Source: Planctomycetota bacterium (GTDB taxonomy: Bacteria > Planctomycetota > UBA1135 > UBA2386). Taken from it: a stretch of DNA of 64,000 nt. Under the pieces are notes generated by a model. That model did not search any database. It was not told the DNA's origin and worked only from the letters and a program-made list of their open reading frames with translations. The DNA lies in contig VGZG01000009.1 in assembly GCA_016872675.1 (NCBI GenBank), forward strand, positions 1,325-65,324, given 5' to 3'. The stretch's first letter is position 1, and every line of letters begins with the position of its first letter. Positions 44,345 through 53,098 of this stretch are shown one piece after another. A program made the position numbers and the translations under genes.

Positions 44345-45588
44345 GCGCCGCCCTCGCTGCCGAGAACGCCGGCGACGCAGGCGGTCATGCAGGTGGCGAT
44401 CGCGCCGCCGAGCATCGCGCGCAGACCGATGCGCGCGAGGTCAGCGCGCCGATCGGGCGCCATGGCGCTCAGACCGCCGACCTGGATCGCGACGCTGCCG
44501 ATGTTGGCGAACCCGCACAGCGCGAAGCTGGCGATCATCGCCGTGCGCGGCGAGACCTCGCCGGCCTTCACCATCGGGCCGAGCTTGCTGTACGCGACCA
44601 ACTCGGTGACGGCGATCTTGGTGCCGAGCAGTTCGGCCAGCAGGCCGACCTCGCTGCCCTGCACGCCCATCACCATCGCCACCGGGTAGAAGGCCGTCGC
44701 CAGCACGTTCTGCACCGTCAGCGACGGGTGGAACAGCGTCGTCATCGTGGCGTTCAGCACTGCGACGAGGCCGAGGAAGGCGATCAGCATGGCGCCGACG
44801 TTGAGCGCCAGCTTGAGGCCGTCGCCAGCGCCGGCCGCCGCCGCCTCGACGACGTTGCCGTACGCCTCGGTCTGGACCTTGCCGACGCGGCCGAGCGTCT
44901 CGCTCGGCTCAGTCTCCGGCCACATGATCTTCGTGCAGACCAGGCCGGCGGGCACCGCCATCACCGAGCCGACCATCAGGTGGCCGGCGCTGACGCCGAA
45001 ACCGATGTACAGCGCGAACACGCCGCCGGCGATGGTGGCGAAGCCGCCGACCATGACGGCGTGCAGCTCGCTCATCGTCATGCGCGGCAGAAACGGCCGC
45101 ACCAGCAGCGGCGCCTCGGTCTGGCCAACGAAGATGTTGGCGCACGCCGATGTCGACTCGCTGCCCGACGTGCCGAGCACGCGGACCATCACCGCCGCCA
45201 TCGCGCGCACGATCAGCTGCATGACGCCGAAGTGGTAGAGCACCGCCATGAAGGCGCTGAAGAAGATCAGCGTCGGCAACACCATGAAGGCGAACAGGAA
45301 GCCGCTCTGCGCGCCAAAGGCCGCGGCGACCTTGTCGCCCTGCGCCAGCGCGCCGAAGACGAACTCGGCGCCGCCTTGCGCCAGCTTGAGGAAGCCGTCG
45401 ACCTTGCCGCCAAAGGCCTGCAGGGCGGCGTTGCCGGCGTCCCAGTAGAGGAACACGAAGCCAAGCAAAGCCTGTAGCAGCAGGCCCTTGGCCACCAGGC
45501 TCCACTTGATGGCGCGGCGGTTGTGCGACAGGGCGAAGCAGAGGGCGATCATCACGAAGATGCCGCCGAGGGAGACGAGGCGAAGCAT
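44341..45588 (-). CDS. nupC: NupC/CNT-family concentrative nucleoside transporter
   Basis: This is the C-terminal 415 codons of the chimeric track ORF 44341..45945, starting at ATG 45588. Polytopic protein with ANIFVGQTEAPLLVRP, MTMSELHAVMVGGFATIAG and SFALCGFANIGS. Confidence 0.88.
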   Translation of the reverse strand: MLRLVSLGGIFVMIALCFALSHNRRAIKWSLVAKGLLLQALLGFVFLYWDAGNAALQAFGGKVDGFLKLAQGGAEFVFGALAQGDKVAAAFGAQSGFLFAFMVLPTLIFFSAFMAVLYHFGVMQLIVRAMAAVMVRVLGTSGSESTSACANIFVGQTEAPLLVRPFLPRMTMSELHAVMVGGFATIAGGVFALYIGFGVSAGHLMVGSVMAVPAGLVCTKIMWPETEPSETLGRVGKVQTEAYGNVVEAAAAGAGDGLKLALNVGAMLIAFLGLVAVLNATMTTLFHPSLTVQNVLATAFYPVAMVMGVQGSEVGLLAELLGTKIAVTELVAYSKLGPMVKAGEVSPRTAMIASFALCGFANIGSVAIQVGGLSAMAPDRRADLARIGLRAMLGGAIATCMTACVAGVLGSEGGA

Positions 45589-45742
45589 GCGACGGGCGAT
45601 GCTAGCGTTGTCGTGGGCGCCAAGGGAGCGCGGAGGTCGCGTCCCCCTGCGCCACCTTCCCGGCCGGCGACGCTGCCGCTGCGACGAGGCGCCGGTATGC
45701 TTCCCCGACCACGTCCTCTGCTCTCGGCACCCGGAGTCTCCC

Positions 45743-46876
45743 ATGCGCCTACTGCTGCTCGCCACGTCCCTGGTTTCGTCGCTCGCCGCGCAAGGCTGTC
45801 CGACCGGCACGTTCTGGAAGCGCGACGCGCTGCCGGTCGCGCCCACCGGCCTGACCGCCGTGTCGATCATCCAGGGCCTGTGCGAAGGCGAGAGTGCTGG
45901 CGTCGTCTTCGAGATGCCGGCGAACATGCCCGTGCAGCGCATCACGCAGGTCGTGGCGCCCTGGGGCGCAGCGCTCGGCGTCGGCGGCTTCCAGGCCGCG
46001 CTCGACGTCGAGGTCTACGACGGCGTCAGCTTCAGCGGCGCGGTCGCCAACATGGGCCAGCTGGTGTTCAGCCTGTCGGCGCAGGCGACCGCCAACATGC
46101 AGGTGCAGAGCCACGCGCTGAACACGCTCGACACCAGCACCTACAACATCATCGTCGGCGCCGCGCCGGCGACCGGAAGCCCGCCGGTGCGGCGCTTCGC
46201 CATCTGTTTCCGCGTGGACCTCAACCTGCACCCAACGGCCACCTGTGCCACCGGCTACCCGGCGAACTTCTTCACCGACAACAGCCAGCCGCCGTCGTTC
46301 CCGTTCACGTGCAACACGATCACGACGCCGCAGCGCACCAGCCTGATCGAGATCCAGGGCCAGGGCTGGCGCGACGCGGCGCTAGCGACCGTCAGCGGAT
46401 TCCAGCTGTGCCCGATCTACTACGCCGGCGTGTGGTGCATCCGCTGCTGCAGCCAGGACGCCTTCCCCGCCTACTACAACAACTTCGCCAACGGCTGCCC
46501 GGGCACGCTCGGCGTGTCGCAGCTGATCCCGGCGACGCTGCCGCGCGTGGGCACGACGATGTTCGTCATCGTCAACAACCTGCCGGCCAACCTCGGCCTG
46601 ATGCTGACCGGCTTCAGCAACTCAGCGTCGCCGTTCGGCTCGCTGCCGGCGAACATGACCGGCTTCGGCCTGACCAACTGCCTGCTGCACGTCAGCCCCG
46701 ACGTGCTGACGACGCTGGTCGGCGGCGGCAACACGGCGTCCTACAGCCTCGCGATCCCGAACAACAACGGCGTGCTCGGCGCGCAGCTGTGGCAGCAGCC
46801 GTTCGCGATCGACCCGGCGCTCAACCCGTTCGGCGGCTCGCTGGGCAACGCGGCCGCGCTGCAGATCGGCAACTGA
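45743..46876 (+). CDS. Secreted cysteine-rich hypothetical protein
   Basis: Starts at ATG 45743 inside track ORF 45488... Signal peptide MRLLLLATSLVSSLAAQG. Multiple Cys residues (CPTG, CEGE, CATG, FTCN, WCIRCC, GCPGT). The C-terminal ~110 aa look like a beta-sandwich module (LPANLGLMLTGFS...NCLLHVSPD...IPNNNGVLGAQLWQQ). Confidence 0.7.
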   Translation: MRLLLLATSLVSSLAAQGCPTGTFWKRDALPVAPTGLTAVSIIQGLCEGESAGVVFEMPANMPVQRITQVVAPWGAALGVGGFQAALDVEVYDGVSFSGAVANMGQLVFSLSAQATANMQVQSHALNTLDTSTYNIIVGAAPATGSPPVRRFAICFRVDLNLHPTATCATGYPANFFTDNSQPPSFPFTCNTITTPQRTSLIEIQGQGWRDAALATVSGFQLCPIYYAGVWCIRCCSQDAFPAYYNNFANGCPGTLGVSQLIPATLPRVGTTMFVIVNNLPANLGLMLTGFSNSASPFGSLPANMTGFGLTNCLLHVSPDVLTTLVGGGNTASYSLAIPNNNGVLGAQLWQQPFAIDPALNPFGGSLGNAAALQIGN

Positions 46877-47691
46877 TGGCCGGCGAGGTGCCGGAACCGC
46901 CGGCCGGCGCGGCGCGCCGCGCGCTCGCCGACGGCCGGCGCGATCTGCTGGCGCGCGAGGAGCCGCTGCTGCTCGTCGTGCACGGCCAGCAGTTGCTGAC
47001 CATGCGCACGCCGGGCCGTGACGAGGACCTGGCGCTGGGCTTCCTGCTCGGCGAAGGCGTGATCCCTGCGGCCGCCGAAGTCGTCGGCATGGAGGCCGTG
47101 GCAGGCGACGCCGAGGCGGCGAGGCCGGACGAGTTGTGCGTGACGCTGCGCACGCCGCCGCAGGGCCTCGGCCGCGATCGCCTCGCGCGCACGCACGAGA
47201 TCCGCAGCTCGTGCGGCGTCTGCGGCGTCGCCGACCCGCAGGCGCTCCTGACCGGCGCGCCGCCGCTGCTGCCCGGCGTGCCCAAGCTGCCGCGGTCGCG
47301 CATCGCCGGTTGGCTGCGCGCGCTCACCGACCGCCAGGAGCTGTTCGCGCTGACCGGCGGCAGTCATGGCGCGCTGGTCGCCCACGCCGACGGCGCCGTG
47401 CTCGGCTGCGCCGAGGACGTCGGTCGCCACAACGCGCTCGACAAGGCGCTCGGCGAAGCCGCCCGCGCCGGCGCCGACTTCGCCCGCTGCGTCGCCGTGC
47501 TGTCGGGCCGCGCTGGCTACGACCTCGTCGCCAAGTGCCTGCGCCTGCGGCTGCCGGTGATCGTCTCCGTGTCGGCGCCGAGCGCGCTCGCCTTCGACCT
47601 GTGCGCCGAAGCCGGCGCGACGCTGGTCGGCTTCGCCCGCGGCGAGGCGTGCGAGGTCTACTGCGGCGCGGAGCGGCTGACCGACGGCTGA
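46876..47691 (+). CDS. fdhD: FdhD-family sulfurtransferase (formate dehydrogenase accessory protein)
   Basis: This is the 3' part of the chimeric track ORF 45523..47691. RSSCGVCG, GGSHGA, EDVGRHNALDK and LSGRAGYDLVAK are present. The ATG shares 1 nt with the preceding stop (TGATG). Confidence 0.88.
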   Translation: MAGEVPEPPAGAARRALADGRRDLLAREEPLLLVVHGQQLLTMRTPGRDEDLALGFLLGEGVIPAAAEVVGMEAVAGDAEAARPDELCVTLRTPPQGLGRDRLARTHEIRSSCGVCGVADPQALLTGAPPLLPGVPKLPRSRIAGWLRALTDRQELFALTGGSHGALVAHADGAVLGCAEDVGRHNALDKALGEAARAGADFARCVAVLSGRAGYDLVAKCLRLRLPVIVSVSAPSALAFDLCAEAGATLVGFARGEACEVYCGAERLTDG

Positions 47692-47698
47692 CGGTCGA

Positions 47699-47718
47699 GG
47701 GCGCCGCCGCCGGCGCTC
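47699..47718. terminator. Candidate bidirectional hairpin between convergent fdhD and traB/gumN-family genes
   Basis: GCGCCG-CCGC-CGGCGC (47701-47716) fills the 25-bp gap between the two stop codons. No U-tract follows it. Confidence 0.25.
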
Positions 47719-48811
47719 ACTTGGCCCCGGCCTCGGCGAGTTTCGTGCGGCGGGCGCGCAGCGCCTCGAGCTCCCGCTGGCGGTCGGCGATCACGGCGTC
47801 GACCGCGGCGGCCTCGGCGGCGCGCGCGGCGGCGTCGGCGGCGAGTTCGATGCGCGTCAGCCGGTAGCCGCGCTGCCGCAGCAGCTCCAGCACGCCCATC
47901 TTGCCGGGGTAGTGCGCGGCGCCGACGGCAAACGCCTGCGCGCGCTCGGGCGCCTCCTGCAGCTTGCGCACGATGCGGTCGGCCATGGCGACGTTGCGGT
48001 CGTCGACGAGGCGCGCCATGAGGCGCTTCTTCAGCTTGGCGTCGGTGAGCGGGAACTCGAGCACCTTGGCCTCGATCGCCGCCTCGTCGCCCTGCAGGTA
48101 GAGCCGCAGCAGCTCGTCCGTCGGATTCTTGCCGGCGGCCTCTTCTGCGCGAATGTTGGCCAGCGCGTCGCTCACATACGTGCGCTGCTCCTCGACCGTC
48201 ATGTCGGCGAACACGGCGACCTGCTCCTCGACCGTCTCGAGGCCGCCGACCTTCTTGCCGGCGCGCTTGGCGCGCTGGTAGATCACCATGTCGAGGGGCG
48301 GCTTGCCGGCCATCTGCTTCATCTGGTCGATCAGCCCGAGCTGCGCGCCGACCGCCCACGGCTGCATGCGGTCGAGCATCGCCATCGACGCGCCCTTCTG
48401 CCGCACGAACGCGGCGACGTCGTCGTAGAGCGCGTCGCCGAGCAGTCCACGCAGCGTCGTGCCCTCGGGAAGCTGCATGCGCCCCATCTGCTTCAGCAGC
48501 AGCGCCATGTCCATCGGCAGCTCGGTGTAGAGCGCGTCGCACCGCTCCAACGCCTCGTCGACGACCGGCGGCAACTCGGTCACGCGCTCGTCGGCGAGGT
48601 GGATGGTGCCGTAGAGGTAGCTCGGCGTCGGCAGCTCGATGCGCCACAGCAGCGGCCGCTCGATCCGCGTCGGCGCGGCGGCGGTCGGCGGCGCCGCCGA
48701 CTTCTCGGCCGGCGTCGGGGCCTGCGCCACCAGCAGCCGCGGCAGCAACAGCGCCGTGACGGCGAACAGCGCAAACAGGGACGACCAGGACTTCCGCGGC
48801 TTCGGGATCAT
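47717..48811 (-). CDS. TraB/GumN-family protein with signal peptide and C-terminal coiled coil
   Basis: LLWRIELPTPSYLYGTIHLAD, VGGLETVEEQ and AFAVGAAHYPG are family hallmarks. N-terminal hydrophobic signal. Confidence 0.82.
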   Translation of the reverse strand: MIPKPRKSWSSLFALFAVTALLLPRLLVAQAPTPAEKSAAPPTAAAPTRIERPLLWRIELPTPSYLYGTIHLADERVTELPPVVDEALERCDALYTELPMDMALLLKQMGRMQLPEGTTLRGLLGDALYDDVAAFVRQKGASMAMLDRMQPWAVGAQLGLIDQMKQMAGKPPLDMVIYQRAKRAGKKVGGLETVEEQVAVFADMTVEEQRTYVSDALANIRAEEAAGKNPTDELLRLYLQGDEAAIEAKVLEFPLTDAKLKKRLMARLVDDRNVAMADRIVRKLQEAPERAQAFAVGAAHYPGKMGVLELLRQRGYRLTRIELAADAAARAAEAAAVDAVIADRQRELEALRARRTKLAEAGAK

Positions 48812-48845
48812 GTCCGGCCGAGGATACGGGCCGACCGCGCCGCCG

Positions 48846-49148
48846 TCAGGGATTGCCCGGCTGCTCGACGAGTTCGACCAGCCCGTTGCGATCGATGCGC
48901 ACGCGGCCCTTCTGCTCGAGCGCCTGCCAGACCTCGGGCGGGTATTGCGTCGGCGGCTTCACCGCGACGATGCCCGAGCGGCCGCCCTTGCTCATCGGGT
49001 CGTGGCCGAGCCGCGACTCGTCGTCGAGGCGCGTCACCTTGAGGCGCTTCTTCAGCGCCTTGATCGCGCGCGCCAGCGTCTCCTTGGTGAAGGTGCCGTC
49101 GGGGTTGCGCTCGATGATGTTGCCGGGCTCGTGGTCGTGCGGCTGCAT
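48846..49148 (-). CDS. Small hypothetical protein (100 aa)
   Basis: This is the 3' end of the chimeric track ORF 48846..50201, starting at ATG 49148. The K/E-rich, balanced composition (MQPHDHEPGNIIERNPDGTFTKETLARAIKALKKRLK...) is unlike the artefact ORFs. It lies 47 bp downstream of the FGE gene. Confidence 0.5.
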   Translation of the reverse strand: MQPHDHEPGNIIERNPDGTFTKETLARAIKALKKRLKVTRLDDESRLGHDPMSKGGRSGIVAVKPPTQYPPEVWQALEQKGRVRIDRNGLVELVEQPGNP

Positions 49149-49195
49149 CGCCGCATCATGCCAGACGGCGGCCCGCGCGCGCGCGCCCTTCGGCC

Positions 49196-50212
49196 TCAGC
49201 GACCGCCGGCCGGCGCCGGCGCCGAGCGCGCACAGCGGAAGCCGGTGTGGCAGAGCGACGTGTCGGGCGTCGACTTCATGCGCGTGCCGGGCTGGTAGCC
49301 CAGGCAGTAGGCGTCGCTGCACAGAAACGAACCGCCGCGCATCACGCGCTTGTGCGCGCCGGGTTCCTGCGGGTCGAAGCTGCTGGCCGGCCCCGGCGGA
49401 TCGACAGCGACCGCAGCACCGTCGCCGTAGCCCTGCGGGTGGTACCAGTCCTGGCACCATTCCCAGACGTTGCCGCTCATGCCGAACAGGCCGCAGCCGT
49501 TGGGCGCGAAGGCGCGCACCGGCGCCGTGGTGGCGAAGCCGTCGGCCAGCGTGTTGCGGCGCGGGAACTCGCCCTGCCAGATGTTGGCGCGCGGCGCGGC
49601 GTCGGTCGGCGCGGCGTCGCCCCAGACGTAGCGCGCTTCGGCGAGACCACCGCGCGCGGCGTACTCCCATTCGGCCTCGCTCGGCAGGCGCTTGGCGGCC
49701 CACTGCGCGTAGGCCTGCGCATCGCGCCAACTGACGTGCACGACCGGATGATCGTCCTTGCCCGCGAGCGACGAGCCCGGGCCGTCGGGCTGCCGCCAGT
49801 TGGCGCCGGGCACGAAGCGCCACCACGACCAGAACGCGCGCAGGTCGACGGCATCGGGCGGCGGCGTGAACACCAGCGAACCGGCGACGCGCTGGTCGTC
49901 GGGCAGGTCGGGCACGTCGGTCTTCGACGGCGGCCGCTCGGCGTCGGTGACGTGGCCGGTGGCAGCGACGAACGCGGCGAACTGCGCGTTGGTCACCTCG
50001 GTCCTGTCGAGCCAGAAGCCCGAAACGCGCACGCGATGCAGCGGCGCGTCGGCGTCGCCATTCTGACTGCCAAGCACGGCTTCGCCGCCGGGGATCCACA
50101 GCATGCCGTCGGCGACGACCGTCCCGCCCCACGGCCACGCCGCGAAAGCGATCGCCGCGCCGACGACGAGCACGACCGGCGGCAGCACGCGAGCGAGCCA
50201 TGGCAGACGCAT
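49196..50212 (-). CDS. Formylglycine-generating enzyme (SUMF1/FGE) family protein, membrane-anchored
   Basis: Starts at ATG 50212 (MRLPWLARVLPPVVLVVGAAIAF). WLDRTEVTNAQFAAFV, HPVVHVSWRDAQAYAQW, LPSEAEWEYAARGG, GNVWEWCQDWY and RGGSFLC are present. Confidence 0.88.
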   Translation of the reverse strand: MRLPWLARVLPPVVLVVGAAIAFAAWPWGGTVVADGMLWIPGGEAVLGSQNGDADAPLHRVRVSGFWLDRTEVTNAQFAAFVAATGHVTDAERPPSKTDVPDLPDDQRVAGSLVFTPPPDAVDLRAFWSWWRFVPGANWRQPDGPGSSLAGKDDHPVVHVSWRDAQAYAQWAAKRLPSEAEWEYAARGGLAEARYVWGDAAPTDAAPRANIWQGEFPRRNTLADGFATTAPVRAFAPNGCGLFGMSGNVWEWCQDWYHPQGYGDGAAVAVDPPGPASSFDPQEPGAHKRVMRGGSFLCSDAYCLGYQPGTRMKSTPDTSLCHTGFRCARSAPAPAGGR

Positions 50213-50288
50213 GCCGCCATCGTCGCCGCGACGCGCGCTCCGGGCAATCGGCGTCCGCCGCCGCGGTCCGCCGCTTGCGAACGAACGA

Positions 50289-51053
50289 TCAGCCGCCGAA
50301 CGCCGTGCGCCAGATCGGTTGCAGGTCGCGCGCGGTCGGCGCCGCGTTCGCCGGCTGCCCGACGAGGCAGGCTGGCCGCGGCCCGTGCACGGCGTTGCTG
50401 ACGGCGAGCGCCTCGGCGCGATGCAGGTCGCCGAGGTCGCAGACACGTTCGTCGACGGCTATCCCACGCGCGCGCAGGCCAGCGCACAGCAGCGCGCGCG
50501 CGACGCCGGGCAGGACGCGACCGTCGAGCGCCGGCGTGAGCCATTGGCCGGCGACGAACAACCACAGGTTGCCGAGCGCGGTCTCGAGCAGCGCGCCATC
50601 GCTGGCGAGCACGAGGCCGTCGTCGGCCTGACCGTCCTGGGCCTGCTGCCGCACGGCGTCGTAGTAACTGCGCGGCTCGGCCTTGAGGTCGCCCGGCGGC
50701 GCCGCGGACGGCCGCTCGACCACCGTCGGCAGCAGTTGCACGACCTTGACCGGCGAGCGCGCGCGCACGACCACCACGGTCGACACACCGGCCGCCGTCG
50801 GCACGACTGCGAGCCGCAGCACGCCGTCGGCGCGGTCGTTGGCGCGCAGCAGTTCGCTCGCCGCCGCGCGCAGGCCGACCGGCTCGCGCCACGCCAGCCC
50901 GAGACGCGCGACCGATCCGCGCAGGCGCGCGAGGTGACGGTCCCACAGCGGCAGCTCGCCCACGCGCGCCCCCATCGTCTCGAATGGCGCCACGCCAGCG
51001 CGACGCGGCAGCGCCCCGTCGGCGACGATCCGGCCATCGACCCACGCGGTCAC
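50289..51053 (-). CDS. pabC: Class IV aminotransferase-fold protein, aminodeoxychorismate lyase-like
   Basis: This is the C-terminal 254 codons of the chimeric track ORF 50289..52166. DRHLARL, LRLAV, GNLWLF and GVARALL fit the layout typical of PabC/IlvE-fold proteins. GTG 51053 forms a GTGA overlap with the pabB stop. Confidence 0.72.
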   Translation of the reverse strand: MTAWVDGRIVADGALPRRAGVAPFETMGARVGELPLWDRHLARLRGSVARLGLAWREPVGLRAAASELLRANDRADGVLRLAVVPTAAGVSTVVVVRARSPVKVVQLLPTVVERPSAAPPGDLKAEPRSYYDAVRQQAQDGQADDGLVLASDGALLETALGNLWLFVAGQWLTPALDGRVLPGVARALLCAGLRARGIAVDERVCDLGDLHRAEALAVSNAVHGPRPACLVGQPANAAPTARDLQPIWRTAFGG

Positions 51054-52264
51054 CCTTCGGCCTCCGGCACGCTGACGCGGCGCTGCAGCGCGCGCTCGAT
51101 GCCCGCCATCTTCGCCAGCGTCTCGCGCCACTCGGCCTGCGGGTCGCTGAGCGCCGTCACGCCGCCGCCGGCGTTGCCGCGCAGCGCGCCGTCGCGCAGC
51201 GCCAGCGTGCGGATCGCGATGTTGAGCCACATGGCATCGCCGGGGCCGAACCAGCCGATCGCGCCGGTGTAGACGCCGCGGCGCGCTACTTCGAGTTGTT
51301 CGAGGATCTCCAGGCACCGCAGCTTCGGGCAGCCGGTGATCGAGCCGCCGGGGAACGTCGCGCGCAGCAGGTCGACGTGCGACGTGCCGGGATGCAGCTC
51401 GGCGAGCACGGTGGCGAACAGGTGGTGCACCTGCGCATACGAACGATGCTCGGGGAACGGGCCGACGCGCACGGAGCCGATCTTCGCCACCTTGCCCAGG
51501 TCGTTGCGCAGCAAGTCGACGATCATCGCCAGCTCGGCCTGGTCCTTCTCGCTGCCGACCAGCTCGGCGAGCAGGCGTTCGTCTTCGCCGCGCTGCGCCG
51601 CGCGCGGCCGCGTGCCCTTGATCGGCCGCGTGCGCACCGCTTCGCCATCGCGCCACAGGAACTCCTCCGGCGAGCTGCTGAGCACCGCCGTGCCCTGGCC
51701 GTCCTCGACGTAGGCGGCGAACGGCGCCGGACTCTGCTCGCACAGCCGCCAGAACAGCGCCCGCGGATCGCCTTGCCAGCGACCGCTGAACGGCTGCGTC
51801 AGGTTGGCCTGGAAGACGTCGCCGGCGCGAATGTGCTCGACGACGGCGGCGACGCGCGCTTCGTAATTGGCCTGCGTCACATGCGCGCGCAGCTCGTCGG
51901 CGGGCGGCAGCGGCGGCGCGCCGGTCGGGACCGCCGGCGCAAACTCCTGCACGCGGCCGTAGGCGGCGACGTGCAGCACGGGCACGGGGAAGTCGTCGGC
52001 AAGCGCCAGCGGCCACGCCTCGACGTCGAGCCCGAGGTCGTAGCCGAGCCAGCCGACGCAGCGGCGCTCGCGGTGCGTCTGCAGGAAGGCGTCGAGGCGC
52101 GCCCATGCGCCGCGCCAGCCGCCAGCCGCCAGCGTCAACGCCGCGACCGGCTCGGTGCACAGCCACGCCGGCCCCTGGCCGCCGCCGTGCAGCAGCGCCA
52201 CCGGGCCGCCGCGCGCGGCCGCCAGCAACGCCGCGAACGGCGCAGCGCCGGCGTCGCCGCTCAC
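51050..52264 (-). CDS. pabB: Chorismate-utilising enzyme, aminodeoxychorismate synthase component I-like
   Basis: SSSPEEFL, RPIKGTRPR, SEKDQAELAMIVDLLRNDLG, TFPGGSITGCPKLRCLEILEQLE and RGVYTGAIGW. GTG 52264 forms a GTGA overlap with the crotonase stop. No glutamine amidotransferase partner is in the window. Confidence 0.82.
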   Translation of the reverse strand: MSGDAGAAPFAALLAAARGGPVALLHGGGQGPAWLCTEPVAALTLAAGGWRGAWARLDAFLQTHRERRCVGWLGYDLGLDVEAWPLALADDFPVPVLHVAAYGRVQEFAPAVPTGAPPLPPADELRAHVTQANYEARVAAVVEHIRAGDVFQANLTQPFSGRWQGDPRALFWRLCEQSPAPFAAYVEDGQGTAVLSSSPEEFLWRDGEAVRTRPIKGTRPRAAQRGEDERLLAELVGSEKDQAELAMIVDLLRNDLGKVAKIGSVRVGPFPEHRSYAQVHHLFATVLAELHPGTSHVDLLRATFPGGSITGCPKLRCLEILEQLEVARRGVYTGAIGWFGPGDAMWLNIAIRTLALRDGALRGNAGGGVTALSDPQAEWRETLAKMAGIERALQRRVSVPEAEG

Positions 52265-53098
52265 GCGCGCAGCCAGGACGGCTTCCGCTTCTCCAGGAAG
52301 GCGGTCATGCCTTCCTTGAACTCCGCCGTGCTGCTGACGATGCCGAACAGGTCGGACTCGAGCTGCAGCGCGTCGGCCAGCGGCATGTGCGCGCCGCGGC
52401 GCACCGCCTGCTTGGCGAGCGCCAGCGCCTGCGGGCCGCGGGAGACCATGCGCAGCGCCACCGTCTTGCAGTGCGCCAGCAGCTCGGCCGGCTCGCAGAC
52501 GCCGTTGACGAGGCCGATGCGCAGCGCCTCGTCGGCGGTCACCGGGTCGCCGGTCAGGATCAGCTGCAGCGCCGCGCCCGTGCCGCACAGCCGCGGCAGC
52601 CGCTGCGTGCCGCCGTAGCCCGGGATGATGCCGAGCGAGACCTCGGGCAGGCCGAGCTTGGCGGTCTTGGCGGCGAAGCGCACGTCGCACGCCAGCGCCA
52701 GCTCGAGACCGCCGCCGAGCGCGAAGCCGTTGATGGCGGCGACCACCGGCTTGCCCAGGTTCTCGATGCGCAGCGTCAGTGCCTGGCCGCGCAGCGCGTT
52801 CTGCTTGCCGTCGAGCACGCCTTGCTTGCTGAGCACGCCAATGTCGGCGCCGGCGACGAAGGCCTTCTCGCCAGCGCCGGTCAGCACCACCGCGCCCACC
52901 GCCGCGTCGGCGTCGAGCGCCGCGAACGTCGCGTCGAGCTCGGCGATCGTCTGGTCGTCGAGCGCGTTCAGCTTGCTCGGGCGGTTGACGCTGACGATCG
53001 CGAGGTGGCCCTCGCGGACCAGTTGCACGTTCTGCAACGCGGCGGGCGCGAAGGCGGGTTGGCCAGCGACCATCTCACTGCCCTCCATCCTGCTGCGG
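52261..53098 (-). CDS. Enoyl-CoA hydratase/isomerase (crotonase) family
   Basis: LAIVSVNRPSKLNAL, VVLTGAGEKAFVAGADI, AAINGFALGGGLELALACDVRFAA and EGMTAFLEKRKP. Start at ATG 53098 or 53083. Confidence 0.88.

Noticed and set aside
52261-53098. Crotonase as MenB, and the PabB-like protein as MenF (classical menaquinone pathway)
   Set aside because: The crotonase has the generic enoyl-CoA hydratase active-site segment (AAINGFALGGGLELALACDVRFAA) rather than MenB-type sequence. The downstream partner has a class IV aminotransferase fold, which fits PabC and not the men pathway.
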